From Coriobacteriia bacterium (GTDB lineage Bacteria > Actinomycetota > Coriobacteriia > Anaerosomatales > SLCP01): a stretch of DNA of 64,000 nucleotides. The position numbers and the translations under genes are program-made. The stretch spans positions 5,675 to 69,674 of the forward strand of contig JAUVXE010000008.1 of assembly GCA_030603745.1 (NCBI GenBank). Direction: 5' to 3'. A model generated the notes under the pieces. It made no database searches. It saw nothing but the letters and a program-made list of their open reading frames with translations, and was not told where the DNA came from. Below, piece after piece: positions 1 through 10,148 of the stretch (position 1 is its first letter; each line of letters begins with the position of its first letter).

Positions 1-1
1 G

Positions 2-76
2 TGGCTGGGCTCGGACGAGGCCCGCACGCTGATGGAGGAGCGCGGCTACGCGGCTGCCGATACACCTGGTGAGTGA
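2..76 (+). CDS. 3' end of an upstream gene (partial), possibly an extracytoplasmic solute-binding protein
   Basis: Open frame WLGSDEARTLMEERGYAAADTPGE* ends 3 nt before the next ATG and resembles C-termini of phosphate/molybdate-type binding proteins; only 24 codons are visible. Confidence 0.4.
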   Translation, partial: WLGSDEARTLMEERGYAAADTPGE

Positions 77-79
77 CGG

Positions 80-2665
80 ATGAGACGCGACATCTTCGGC
101 AGGCACCTCTACAACCAGATCGTCGCCCCGCTCGTGGTCGCCGCGCTCGCGGTCGGGGTGATCGCGACCGTCGTGGCGGTCTACTTCCTTTCCGACCTCA
201 CCGAGAGCTGGGTCGACGAGGTGGCGCAGGGGGCGAGCGCCAACCTGCTCCACCGAATCGACACCCGCTCGAACGCCATGCAGAGCGTCGCCAAGCTCGC
301 CGCTGAGGACCGTCGCCTGCGAGACGCGCTCCAGGCCGAGGAGTTCACGACGGTCCGCGGCATCCTCACGCAGAGCAACGTCGCGCTCGGGTTCGACAAC
401 CTGATGCTCCTTGACTCGGCCGGCACCGTGGTCGCGACCACGGGGCTTGCGGGCATCGCCCCTGGGGACGTGATCCTCGCGCAGGCCGACCGCACGTGGG
501 CCGACCTCGCGATGCCGCACCCCGCGTTCCTCGAGATCGGCGGCACGCTCACCCTGACCGCGATGCAGCCCGTCCTCGGCAGGGGGGAGAGCGTCTACAC
601 GCTCTGCCTCTCCGAGGCGATCGACGAGCGCTTCCTGCTCGACTTGGCGACCGGCGCCGGGGACGCGTTCTGCTTTTACGACGAGGACCTCACCCCGATC
701 GCGTACACCGTGCCGCGTGGCGGCGGCGAGGGCGAGCGGACCGGCTCCGACCCCGAGCCCCTCCTCGCCGCGGTCTCGAGTCCCGCCGAGGAGATCCAGC
801 GCGCGCTCGAGCAGGCGGTCGAGACCGGCGAGGGGAGTTCCGTCGTCGCCGTGGCGGGCACGCAGTACCGGGCCACCGCGCGCCGCATCGACCTGCCAAA
901 CGACCCGGAGGACGACACGCGGGCCTACCTGGTCTCCCTCATCAGTCAACAGGTGAGTGACGACGCCCGCATCACCACGACCAACCTCATCACCATGTGG
1001 TCGATCGTCGCGGTCGTCGCGCTGATCGGGCTGGGCGGCTGGGTGGCCCGCCGGGTCTCCGAGCCGCTCGTGGCCTTGACCGAGGGCGCCCAGCGCATCG
1101 CCGACGGCGACTTCTCGACGAAGATCCCGCTGCACGGCAAGAACGAGATCGCGGAGCTCGCCGAGAGCTTCAACCAGATGACCGACTCGCTCAAGGACCG
1201 CAGCGAGAACCTGACCAAGAAGGTCCTCGAGCTGGCCACCCTCTACGAGATGAGCCGTGCCCTCGGCGGGACCCTCGACCTCGGCGAGCTGCTCCAGTCG
1301 GTCCTCGACTCGGCGCTGCGGATCTTCGGCGCCGACCTCGGCTACGTCACGATGCGCGACCACGACGCCGGGACGCTCGAGATCCGGGCGCGGAGTGGGG
1401 GCGTGCCGGCGCGCGTCGACGACCAGGCGCTCCGCAACTCCATGTCGGAGTGGGTGATCCGCGAGGCGCGCCCGCTCATCTTCAACCCCTCGGCGGACCG
1501 CTCGACCGGCCAGGTCGAGGTGGTGACCGGCGCGATGGCGGCACTGTGCGTCCCGCTCATCTCCGCCGAGGGGACCATCGGCGCGATCACCGTGGGCAGT
1601 CAGGACCCGGAGTTCCGGTTCACGAGCGACGACGTGCGGCTGCTGTCGACCATCGCCAACCACGTCACGATCGCGATCGGCAACATCGACCTGTTCTCAA
1701 GCCTCCAGGAGGCCTACCTCGCGACCGTTCGCTCGCTCGCCGCCGCGGTCGACGCGAAGGACCCGTACACGCGCGGCCACTCGGAGGGCGTCGCGGTCTA
1801 CGCGACCATGATCGCCGAGCGCATGGGCCTCTCGCACGACCAGCGCATAGCGCTCGAGATGGCGGCGTACCTGCACGACATCGGCAAGATCGGCATCAAG
1901 GAGTCCATCCTGCTCAAGCCGGGGCAGCTCACCGACGACGAGATGTCGCAGATGCGGCACCACCCCCTGATCGGGGCGAACATCCTCAAGCCGGTCGGGT
2001 TCCCGTGGCCGATCACGCCGGTCGTCAGGCACCACCACGAGCGCTGGGACGGCGAGGGCTACCCCGCCGGCCTCAAGGGGGAGGAGATCCCGCTCCTGGC
2101 CCGTATCCTCACGGTCGCCGACGCGTACGAGGCGATGATCGCGGACCGGCCGTACCGCAAGGGCCGCACGATGGAGGAGGGCGCGGCCGAGCTCAGGCGC
2201 TGCGCGGGCACGCAGTTCGATGCCGCCGTCGTGGACGCGTTCGTCGAGGCCCTCGAGGAGCAGCGGGAGGCGGGCCAGCAGGGTGTGACCGGGCACGAGG
2301 AGGAGGTCGGGGCCGACGAGGCCCGGGCGATCTTCGTCGCGCTCACCGAGGGGATGCTGGTGAGCTTCCGCCGGCTCGGCGGACCGCGGCTGGCGGCCAA
2401 CGCCGAGAGCGCGCTCAACGGGGAGTTCTCCCGGGCGGGACTGCCGCTCACCGTCTCGGCCGGGCGGGTGGCGCTCGCGGCCCACGGCCCCGAGCATGAC
2501 GGGGCGGACCTCGAGCAGATGCGCCGTGCCCTGCGGCTCCTCGACGAGACCCTCGGCAGCCTCTCCGGCCACTCGTTGGTCGACCACTTCTACGCCGATG
2601 CGATGGAGTCGCTCTCCGAACGCATGCGCCGGCTCACGGTGCATCTGGAGTTCTACCCTGGCTGA
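80..2665 (+). CDS. Membrane sensor HAMP-GAF-HD-GYP cyclic-dinucleotide phosphodiesterase
   Basis: Two TM helices flank an extracytoplasmic domain; HAMP (EIAELAESFNQM), GAF, DAKDPYTRGHS, LHDIGK, HHERWDGEGYP. Confidence 0.9.
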   Translation: MRRDIFGRHLYNQIVAPLVVAALAVGVIATVVAVYFLSDLTESWVDEVAQGASANLLHRIDTRSNAMQSVAKLAAEDRRLRDALQAEEFTTVRGILTQSNVALGFDNLMLLDSAGTVVATTGLAGIAPGDVILAQADRTWADLAMPHPAFLEIGGTLTLTAMQPVLGRGESVYTLCLSEAIDERFLLDLATGAGDAFCFYDEDLTPIAYTVPRGGGEGERTGSDPEPLLAAVSSPAEEIQRALEQAVETGEGSSVVAVAGTQYRATARRIDLPNDPEDDTRAYLVSLISQQVSDDARITTTNLITMWSIVAVVALIGLGGWVARRVSEPLVALTEGAQRIADGDFSTKIPLHGKNEIAELAESFNQMTDSLKDRSENLTKKVLELATLYEMSRALGGTLDLGELLQSVLDSALRIFGADLGYVTMRDHDAGTLEIRARSGGVPARVDDQALRNSMSEWVIREARPLIFNPSADRSTGQVEVVTGAMAALCVPLISAEGTIGAITVGSQDPEFRFTSDDVRLLSTIANHVTIAIGNIDLFSSLQEAYLATVRSLAAAVDAKDPYTRGHSEGVAVYATMIAERMGLSHDQRIALEMAAYLHDIGKIGIKESILLKPGQLTDDEMSQMRHHPLIGANILKPVGFPWPITPVVRHHHERWDGEGYPAGLKGEEIPLLARILTVADAYEAMIADRPYRKGRTMEEGAAELRRCAGTQFDAAVVDAFVEALEEQREAGQQGVTGHEEEVGADEARAIFVALTEGMLVSFRRLGGPRLAANAESALNGEFSRAGLPLTVSAGRVALAAHGPEHDGADLEQMRRALRLLDETLGSLSGHSLVDHFYADAMESLSERMRRLTVHLEFYPG

Positions 2666-2689
2666 TTCGCGCCGGTCGGGGCCTGCCGG

Positions 2690-2695
2690 TATACT
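2690..2695 (+). promoter_or_regulatory. Putative -10 element for ask-asd
   Basis: TATACT in the short intergenic gap; no clear -35. Confidence 0.4.
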
Positions 2696-2752
2696 GGGCG
2701 CCGGTCCCCTGAACCGTCCCGACCTGCACGAACCTACCCGGAGGCAGCACGA

Positions 2753-4015
2753 ATGGCCCTCGTCGTCACCAAGTTCGGCGGCACATCGGTCGGCAGCACC
2801 GAGCGCATCATGGCGGTCGCGCGCCGGCTCGTGGCCCGCAAGGAGGCGGGCGACCGCGTGGTCGCCGTCGTCTCGGCGATGGGTGACGTGACCGACGAGC
2901 TCGTCTCGATGGCCCGCGAGATCTCCGAAGCGCCTCCCGAGCGGGAGATGGACATGCTGCTCGCCACCGGCGAACAGGTGACCATCGCGCTGCTCGCGAT
3001 GGCGATCGAGGCCCTCGGCCACGAGGCCATCTCGTTCACCGGCCCCCAGGTCGGGATCGTCACCGACTCCGGGCACACGAAGGCCAAGATCCTCGAGGTC
3101 CGGGCGGACCGGCGCGTGCGAAGCGCGCTCGACGAGGGCCGGATCGTGATCGTCGCCGGCTTCCAGGGCGTGACGGAGGACGGCCACATCACGACGCTCG
3201 GCCGCGGCGGGTCGGACACCACGGCGGTCGCGGTCGCGGCCGGCATCGGGGCCGACCTCTGCGAGATCTACACCGACGTCGACGGCGTCTACACGGCCGA
3301 TCCGCGCGTGGTCCCCTCGGCGCGCAAGATCGACGCCGTGTCCTACGACGAGATGCTCGAGCTCGCGGCGACCGGCGCGCGCGTGCTGCAGCTGCGATCG
3401 GTCGAGTTCGCGCGCAACCACGGCGTGGTCATCCACTGCCGATCGAGCTTCAACGACCGCGAAGGGACGATCGTCAGAGAGGCGGACGAGACGATGGAGC
3501 AGGCGATCATCTCCGGTGTCAGCCACGACACCTCGGAGGCCAAGGTCACGATCAGGGACGTCCCCGACCGCCCGGGCGTGGCGGCGTCGGTCTTCGGGAT
3601 GCTCGCCGATGCGAACGTCAACGTCGACATGATCATCCAGAACGTGTCGGAGTCGGGCACCACCGACATCTCGTTCACCACGCCCGTCGAGGATCTCGTT
3701 CGCGCCCGCCGCGCCACCGCCGAGGTCGTCGCCGAGCTCGGAGCGCGGAGCTGGAACGTCGACGAGTCGGTCGCGAAGGTCTCGCTGGTCGGTGCGGGCA
3801 TGAAGACGCATCCTGGTGTCGCTGCGCAGATGTTCCGCGCGCTCGCCGACGCGGGCGTGAACCTCGACATGATCTCGACCTCGTCGATCCGCATCTCGTG
3901 CGTGATCGCCGCCGAGGATGTCGAGCGCGCGGTCCGCGCGCTACACTCGAGTTTCGGACTGGACAGTGACGAGATCCACGCCGAGGTGTCCCCGGCGTGC
4001 GGCGAGGGAGCGTGA
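2753..4015 (+). CDS. lysC: Aspartate kinase
   Basis: KFGGTSVG, VVSAMG, TTLGRGGSDTTA, two C-terminal ACT domains. Confidence 0.97.
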   Translation: MALVVTKFGGTSVGSTERIMAVARRLVARKEAGDRVVAVVSAMGDVTDELVSMAREISEAPPEREMDMLLATGEQVTIALLAMAIEALGHEAISFTGPQVGIVTDSGHTKAKILEVRADRRVRSALDEGRIVIVAGFQGVTEDGHITTLGRGGSDTTAVAVAAGIGADLCEIYTDVDGVYTADPRVVPSARKIDAVSYDEMLELAATGARVLQLRSVEFARNHGVVIHCRSSFNDREGTIVREADETMEQAIISGVSHDTSEAKVTIRDVPDRPGVAASVFGMLADANVNVDMIIQNVSESGTTDISFTTPVEDLVRARRATAEVVAELGARSWNVDESVAKVSLVGAGMKTHPGVAAQMFRALADAGVNLDMISTSSIRISCVIAAEDVERAVRALHSSFGLDSDEIHAEVSPACGEGA

Positions 4016-4017
4016 CG

Positions 4018-5043
4018 ATGGTGTGGGAGAGGCCGATGCCGGCGAGGCCGGTCGTCGCCGTCGCCGGCGCGACCGGTGCCGTGGGGCGCGAGATGCTCAC
4101 CGTCCTCGAGCAGCGATCGTTCCCCGCGTCGCGTGTGGTCGCGCTCGCCTCCAAGCGGAGCGCGGGCACCGTGCTTCCGTTCGGCGATGGTGAACTGGTG
4201 GTCGAAGAGCTCACCGAGGCGTCGTTCCGGGGCGTCGACATCGCGCTGTTCAGCGCGGGAGCCTCGGTCTCGAAGCGGTTCCGCGAGGCGGTCACCGACG
4301 CCGGGTGTGTGATGATCGACAACTCCTCGGCGTTCCGGATGGAAGACGGTGTCCCGCTCGTCGTGCCCGAGGTCAACGGCGCTGACCTCGCCACGCACGC
4401 CGGGGTGGTCGCGAACCCGAACTGCTCGACGATCCAGCTCGTGGTCGCGCTCGCGCCTCTGCATGCGAGGTGCCCGATCAGGCGGGTCGTGGTCGCGACC
4501 TATCAGGCCGCCTCAGGCGCCGGGGCTGCGGCGATGCGGGAGCTCCACGAGCAGACACGCGATGTCCTCGACGGCAACCCCATCGAGCCCGAGGAGTTCG
4601 TGCACCGCATCGCCTTCAACTGCATCCCGCAGATCGACGTGTTCCTCGACGACGGCTCCACCAAGGAGGAGTGGAAGATGGTCGCCGAGACCAAGAAGAT
4701 CATGCACGCGCCCGACCTCGCGGTGAGCGCGACGTGCGTACGCGTGCCCGTTCTCCGGTGCCACTCCGAGGCGGTGAACGTCGAGTTCACCCGGGCGTTC
4801 GGCCTCGAGGAGGTGCGGGAGGCACTCGCGGCCGCTCCCGGCGTGGCGCTTCTCGACGACCCCGCCGAGTCGCTCTATCCCATGCCGGCCGATCTCGAGG
4901 GCACCGACGACACCTACATCGGCCGACTGAGGGTCGACCCGACCGTGCCGAGCGGCATCTCGATGTGGGTCGTGGCGGACCAGTTGCGAAAAGGGGCCGC
5001 GCTCAACGCGGTGCAGATAGCGGAGGCGCTCCTGGACGGCTGA
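4018..5043 (+). CDS. asd: Aspartate-semialdehyde dehydrogenase
   Basis: GATGAVG, ANPNCSTIQ, CVRVPV, DQLRKGAALNAVQIAE; start set at ATG 4018. Confidence 0.97.
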   Translation: MVWERPMPARPVVAVAGATGAVGREMLTVLEQRSFPASRVVALASKRSAGTVLPFGDGELVVEELTEASFRGVDIALFSAGASVSKRFREAVTDAGCVMIDNSSAFRMEDGVPLVVPEVNGADLATHAGVVANPNCSTIQLVVALAPLHARCPIRRVVVATYQAASGAGAAAMRELHEQTRDVLDGNPIEPEEFVHRIAFNCIPQIDVFLDDGSTKEEWKMVAETKKIMHAPDLAVSATCVRVPVLRCHSEAVNVEFTRAFGLEEVREALAAAPGVALLDDPAESLYPMPADLEGTDDTYIGRLRVDPTVPSGISMWVVADQLRKGAALNAVQIAEALLDG

Positions 5044-5080
5044 GCCGGGAGCGGGGGGAACCGGAGCTTAGGGGGTTCAC

Positions 5081-5788
5081 GTGTACGAGCAGGCAACCGC
5101 ACCGAGCGGCACCGATGAACGTGTGCTCGTGGTGGAGGACGACCGGACGATCGCGCGCTTCGTCGAGCTCGAGCTGATGCACGCCGGGTACCGGGTCCAG
5201 AAGGCCGCCGACGGCAACGAGGCGCTGGCCGCGATCGAGGCCGAGGAGCCCGATCTGCTCATCCTCGACCTGATGCTTCCGGGGCTCGACGGGCTCGAGG
5301 TCGCCCGGCGCCTTCGCGAGGAGGGTCGAACGATGCCGATCCTGATGCTCACCGCGCGGGCCGAGACGCACGACGTGGTGTCGGGCTTCGATGCGGGGGC
5401 CGACGACTACCTCAAGAAGCCCTTCGAGGTCCCCGAGTTGATCTCGCGCGTGCGCGCCCTGCTCAAGCGCACCGAGCGCGACCGGGGAAGCTCGGTCTAC
5501 TCGGCGGCGGGGATCGACGTCGACCTCGACTCGCGGCGCGCGGCGCTCGACGGCACCCCGCTCGACCTCACCGCGAAAGAGTTCGACCTGCTCGCCTACC
5601 TGGTCCGGCATGCCGGACGGGTGATCTCCCGTGACGAGATCCTTGAGAAGGTCTGGGGCGAGGGGCGGTCGACCGACAGCAACGTGATCGAGGTCTTCGT
5701 CTGCCACCTGCGCAACAAGATCGGCGACCGCGAGAACACCGTGATCCAGACGATCAGGGGTGTGGGGTACTTCTTCGCAAGGAGTTAG
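5081..5788 (+). CDS. OmpR/PhoB-family response regulator
   Basis: REC (VVEDD, LDLMLP, KPF) plus winged helix (IQTIRGVGY). Confidence 0.95.
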   Translation: MYEQATAPSGTDERVLVVEDDRTIARFVELELMHAGYRVQKAADGNEALAAIEAEEPDLLILDLMLPGLDGLEVARRLREEGRTMPILMLTARAETHDVVSGFDAGADDYLKKPFEVPELISRVRALLKRTERDRGSSVYSAAGIDVDLDSRRAALDGTPLDLTAKEFDLLAYLVRHAGRVISRDEILEKVWGEGRSTDSNVIEVFVCHLRNKIGDRENTVIQTIRGVGYFFARS

Positions 5789-7267
5789 ATGTACCGCTCC
5801 TCGCTCAGGACATGGCTGCTGCTCGTCTCGGTGTTCTTCGCGCTGCTCGTGATCGGCGGCGTGGCGCTTGCGACGTACGTGGTCGTGTCCGACGGGATGT
5901 CCGTCGTCGCGCACGACGCGGCCGTCGGACTCGCGCGCAGCGCCTCTGAGCTCGCCAAGGTCGCGTCGACCGAGGCGTCACTCGAGTCGGCCGCCGAGGG
6001 CCTCTCGGGCGAGGAGCGCGACCGCGAGGCCGAGCGGCGCTTCCTGCGCCGTATCCCCGACCTCTTCCGGTCGGGCCGGCTCGCCGAGGGGGAGTACGCG
6101 TTTTACGGCGCCGACCTGAGGGAGCCGTTCTGGTTCAGCGCCGAGGAGGCGGTCATCGCCGCGCCGGAGTCCCGCGAGGAGGCGGTGCGGCACGGCAGGG
6201 TGGTGGAGTCATCGGTCGCCGGGGGAGGGTTGCTCGCCGGGTTCGTGGGGCCCGCTCGCCTCGGCGTGTACGTGATCCACGTCCCGATCGACATCCCAGG
6301 AGGTGGCCGGGCGGTCATCGACGTCTCGTACTTCCCCGACCGGGAGGAGGCCGTGATCGATTCGATCCGCGTGCCGATGGCGGTGCTCGCCGGTTCGGCG
6401 ATGCTCATCATGGTGCTCATGATGCAGACGAGCATGGGGTGGGTGCTCCGGCTCGTGAACGAGCTGCGGCAGGCCGCGGACTCGGTCGACGCCGATCAGC
6501 TCGACGTGCGGCTCCCGGAACACGGCGAGCACGAGATCAGCGACCTCGCGCGTTCCATCAACCGGCTGATCGACCGGCTCCAGCGGCGCGCCGACATCCA
6601 GACGCGTTTCGTCGCCGACGCGTCGCACGAACTGGCCACGCCGGTGGCGGGCATCCGGGGCTACACGAACATCCTGCGCGCCTGGGGCGGCGAGGACCCC
6701 GAGGTGCGCGACGAGGCGATCGCCGCGATCGACCGCGAGTCACGCCGGATGGCGCGGCTCTGCGGCGACCTGCTCTCGCTCGTGCGGACTGACACGGTGA
6801 GCGCCGTGAACCGCGTCCGCTTCGACGCGAACGCGGTCGCACGGGAGGTCCTCGCCGCCTCGGCGACGCGCTACCAGGGCAAGGACCTCGAGATCGACGG
6901 TCCCGGACCCGGGCAGCTCATGGTCGTGGGCGACCCCGACCGGCTCGAAGACGTGCTGTCGGTCCTCGTCGACAACGCCTGCAAGTACACGCCTCCCGGC
7001 GGGCGTGTCTCGCTCGACACGCGGGTAGCGCGGGAGTGGGCGGTATTCGAGGTGCGCGACACCGGCATCGGGATCCCCGAGGCCGACCTGCCGGTGATCT
7101 TCGAGCGGTTCTACCGCTCCGACGAGTCCCGCTCCAAGGAGACGGGCGGCTTCGGTCTCGGCCTCGCCATCGCCAAGGCCTCCATCGAGGCGATGGGCGG
7201 GGAGATCGGGGTGCAGAGCGCCCCGGGCTTCGGTTCGCTCTTCGTCGTGCGGGTCCCGCGCGCGTAG
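5789..7267 (+). CDS. HAMP sensor histidine kinase
   Basis: Two TMs, H-box ADASHELATP, N-box DNACKY, DTGIG, GFGLGLAI. Confidence 0.95.
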   Translation: MYRSSLRTWLLLVSVFFALLVIGGVALATYVVVSDGMSVVAHDAAVGLARSASELAKVASTEASLESAAEGLSGEERDREAERRFLRRIPDLFRSGRLAEGEYAFYGADLREPFWFSAEEAVIAAPESREEAVRHGRVVESSVAGGGLLAGFVGPARLGVYVIHVPIDIPGGGRAVIDVSYFPDREEAVIDSIRVPMAVLAGSAMLIMVLMMQTSMGWVLRLVNELRQAADSVDADQLDVRLPEHGEHEISDLARSINRLIDRLQRRADIQTRFVADASHELATPVAGIRGYTNILRAWGGEDPEVRDEAIAAIDRESRRMARLCGDLLSLVRTDTVSAVNRVRFDANAVAREVLAASATRYQGKDLEIDGPGPGQLMVVGDPDRLEDVLSVLVDNACKYTPPGGRVSLDTRVAREWAVFEVRDTGIGIPEADLPVIFERFYRSDESRSKETGGFGLGLAIAKASIEAMGGEIGVQSAPGFGSLFVVRVPRA

Positions 7268-7280
7268 GCCGCCGGTCGCT

Positions 7281-7307
7281 CAAGGCCGGGTCCGGCGCGA
7301 CCGATAC
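7281..7307 (+). promoter_or_regulatory. Putative sigma28 (FliA/WhiG)-type promoter
   Basis: CAAG-N15-ACCGATAC versus consensus TAAA-N15/16-GCCGATAA. Confidence 0.4.
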
Positions 7308-7339
7308 CCGATACGAGGGTAGCCGACGCCGGGGGCCAG

Positions 7340-9487
7340 ATGACGGACCGTCCAGACGACGCGCTGCTCCACGCCGTGTTCTCCGGCAAGGAGTGGCGTG
7401 AGGCAGCCGATGCCATGTTCGAGGTCGCCGGTGCGGCGATCGTCGTCAGCCTACCCTCCGACGGCAGCGCGCTCTATGCTTCGCCGAGGTGCGCGTACTG
7501 CGCGCTGATCCATCCCGCCGAGGGGGTGGGGATGACGGGCGGCTGGGGGTGCCTCGGCAGGACCGGCGAGGTCGGGACGGGTGCGACCACATGCTTCTCC
7601 GGCCTGCCCTGTCAGGTCGCTGCCGTGAGCTACACCGGTGTCCAGCTGGCGCACCTGACCGTGGGAGGGTTCGTCTCGACCACGCGCGAGCGCAAGCGGA
7701 TGTTCGAACGCCTGCTCTCCCTCGGCGTCGCCGAGGCCGATGCGTGCCACGCGGTGCGCGACATCCCGGTCGTCCCGCGCAGGAAGGCCGAATCGCTCGT
7801 GACCGCCCTGCGCGTCCACGCCGAGAGTCTCATCGCGCGGGCGTACGAGTCCCGGGGGTCGGCCGACCGGATGCGGGAGCTCGAGGTCTTCCTCGACGCT
7901 GGCCGCGAGTTCCTCGAGCTCGGGCACGGTGAGGACGAGCTCGAGCACCGCATCCTCGCGCGGGCGCTCCTCGTCGTGGGAGCCGAGCGGGGGCGGCTCG
8001 TCCTCCGGCGTCCGGGCACGGACCTGGCCGACGTGGTCGCGGTCGCCGGCGAGAGCGACGGTCTCGTGGAGGGCGACGTGCTCAGGCTCGGGGAGGTCGT
8101 CGAGGGTCGCGTGCTCGCGAGCGGCAACAGCGTCATCGTCACCGGCCGCGAGGGGACGGAGGCCGGGCGAGCCGGCCGCGGCGAGACCGCGACGGTGTCG
8201 ATCGGCCTGCGGCGGCCCGAGGGCTGTCTCGGCGCCTTCACGATCCACGGCGTCGTCACGCACGGGCCTGCGACGCGCGAGGCGATGCGGCTCCTCGAGC
8301 GGTTCGCGACCGTCGCGGCGACGGTGCTCGAGAACACGCGGAGCGACCGCGAGGCCCGTCGCTCGCTGCGCGAGATGGTGCACCTCGACGCCTTCGCCCG
8401 CACGCTCGCGGCGTGCTCCACGTGCGACGAGGTCGCCGAGGTCGCCATACCGGTGCTGCACCACATCCTCGACGCGGGCGTGTGCGGTATCGCGCTCACC
8501 GCGTGGCGCCTGGACAAGGTGCACGTCAGTGTCTATACCACCGTCACGCGCGAGGTCCTCTCGGCGGTGATCGGCGAAGCCACCGGCCGGGACGTCGCCG
8601 CCGAGCCGTTCGCGGCCGTGCGCGCCACGACGGTCGGCGGGGAGATCCTCGACGCCGCGGACGGTGACCACGCGACCGCCGGCGACGCGGACGGCCCCGT
8701 GCTCTCGGTGCCGCTCTCGGTCCGCGGGACCGTGGTCGGCTACGCCTTCGCCGCACTTCCCTCGGCGGGCAGGTTCGTCGCCGCCGACCAGCGCGGCGTG
8801 GAGTCGGCGACGGCACACATCGCGTGCGCCCTCGACCGCGCGGCCGAGTGGGAGCTGCTGCGGGCCGACCACGCCAAGACGATCGCGGCGCTCGCGGCGG
8901 CCCTCGACTCCGCCGAGCGGGTGGACCGTGGCCACACCGACCGCATCGCCGAGTACGCGATCGCCCTCGGCCGCGAGCTCGGCCTGCCCTCAGACGAGCT
9001 CCGCTCGCTGCACTTCGCCGCGGTCGTGCACGATATCGGGACGGTCGGGGTGGACGCCCGCCTGCTCGACAAGGCCGGCCCGCTGACCGCCGAGGAGCGC
9101 GCGGAGGTCCAGCGGCACGTGCACGTGGGGGCGGACATCATCGGCCAGTTGCAGTTCCTCGAGGACGTCACGCCGGTCGTCCGCCACCATCACGAGCGCT
9201 GGGACGGGTCCGGCTACCCCGCGGGGCTTGATGGCGAGCGCATCCCGATGCTGGCGCGGCTGCTGGCGGTCGTCGACGCGTTCGACGCGATGACGTCGCC
9301 GAGGCCCTACCGGCCGCAGTTGACCCTGGCCGAGGCACGCGCGGAGCTCGCGCGCGGCGCGGGAACGCAGTTCGACCCGGGCGCGGTCCAGGCGTTCGTG
9401 GCGGTGCTGGACCGGCAGGCGCTCGCGGGGATGACCGGACTGCTCGCGACCCGGCACGCCGGTGACGGGCGACACCTGCCCGCCTGA
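7340..9487 (+). CDS. PocR-like/GAF/HD-GYP domain protein
   Basis: Cys-rich N-terminus (CAYC...C...CFSGL), GAF-like middle, HDIG and HHERWDGSGYP; no TM. Confidence 0.85.
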   Translation: MTDRPDDALLHAVFSGKEWREAADAMFEVAGAAIVVSLPSDGSALYASPRCAYCALIHPAEGVGMTGGWGCLGRTGEVGTGATTCFSGLPCQVAAVSYTGVQLAHLTVGGFVSTTRERKRMFERLLSLGVAEADACHAVRDIPVVPRRKAESLVTALRVHAESLIARAYESRGSADRMRELEVFLDAGREFLELGHGEDELEHRILARALLVVGAERGRLVLRRPGTDLADVVAVAGESDGLVEGDVLRLGEVVEGRVLASGNSVIVTGREGTEAGRAGRGETATVSIGLRRPEGCLGAFTIHGVVTHGPATREAMRLLERFATVAATVLENTRSDREARRSLREMVHLDAFARTLAACSTCDEVAEVAIPVLHHILDAGVCGIALTAWRLDKVHVSVYTTVTREVLSAVIGEATGRDVAAEPFAAVRATTVGGEILDAADGDHATAGDADGPVLSVPLSVRGTVVGYAFAALPSAGRFVAADQRGVESATAHIACALDRAAEWELLRADHAKTIAALAAALDSAERVDRGHTDRIAEYAIALGRELGLPSDELRSLHFAAVVHDIGTVGVDARLLDKAGPLTAEERAEVQRHVHVGADIIGQLQFLEDVTPVVRHHHERWDGSGYPAGLDGERIPMLARLLAVVDAFDAMTSPRPYRPQLTLAEARAELARGAGTQFDPGAVQAFVAVLDRQALAGMTGLLATRHAGDGRHLPA

Positions 9488-9542
9488 CCGGCCCGAGGGG
9501 CGTGTGGTAGAATCCGCGCACTTCGACTCGGGGGAGCCACCG

Positions 9543-10148
9543 TTGAACAGGACTCGCTACATCGCCCAGGCGGGAGTCATCGCCGCGGTGCACGCCGCCG
9601 CCACCATCGCCGTGCTGCAGATGCCCGCGCAGCTCGGGTGGGGGCCGATCCAGCTGCGCGTGAGCGAGGCGCTCACCGTGGTCGCGCTCTTCACCCCGGC
9701 CGCGGTCCCCGGACTCACTCTCGGGACGGCGGCGGCGAACGCCGTGCTGGTCGCGCAGGTGGGCCCGGTGGGCCTGCTCGACGTGCTCTTCGGCTCGCTG
9801 GCGACGCTGCTGGGGGCCGTGTGGACGTGGCGGTTCCGTCGTCGCCGGATGCTCGCGCTCGCGGGCCCGGTCATCGCCAACGCGCTCATCGTCCCGGCCT
9901 ACCTTCCGTTCGTCCTCGCGGCGCTCGGCTTCGCCCAGGAGCCGTTCTTGGGAATAGATGTGAGCAGTGGCTGGTTCGCGGCGTACGCGGTCGGGGTCGT
10001 CACCGTGGGCCTCGGCCAGGCGGTCGTCCTCTACGGTCTTGGACTGCCGCTTGCGACGATGCTCGGCCGCATCGACCTCGCCGGCCTTGCCGGCGGCACC
10101 GGGGACGGGCGGAAGGGCGGAGAGGTCCGCTGGCGATGGAAGCGCTGA
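9543..10148 (+). CDS. queT: QueT-family (queuosine precursor) transporter
   Basis: IAQAGVIAA...GPIQLRVSEALTV...PAAVPGLTLG signature; TTG start after GGGGAG. Confidence 0.8.
   Translation: MNRTRYIAQAGVIAAVHAAATIAVLQMPAQLGWGPIQLRVSEALTVVALFTPAAVPGLTLGTAAANAVLVAQVGPVGLLDVLFGSLATLLGAVWTWRFRRRRMLALAGPVIANALIVPAYLPFVLAALGFAQEPFLGIDVSSGWFAAYAVGVVTVGLGQAVVLYGLGLPLATMLGRIDLAGLAGGTGDGRKGGEVRWRWKR

Noticed and set aside
2666-2752. Lysine riboswitch or attenuator before lysC
   Set aside because: Too short for the ~170-nt aptamer and no Lys/Thr-rich uORF
9488-9542. preQ1 riboswitch before queT
   Set aside because: The gap is only about 55 nt, holds a TGGTAGAAT -10-like element and an SD, and has no AGAGGUUC stem or A-rich tail
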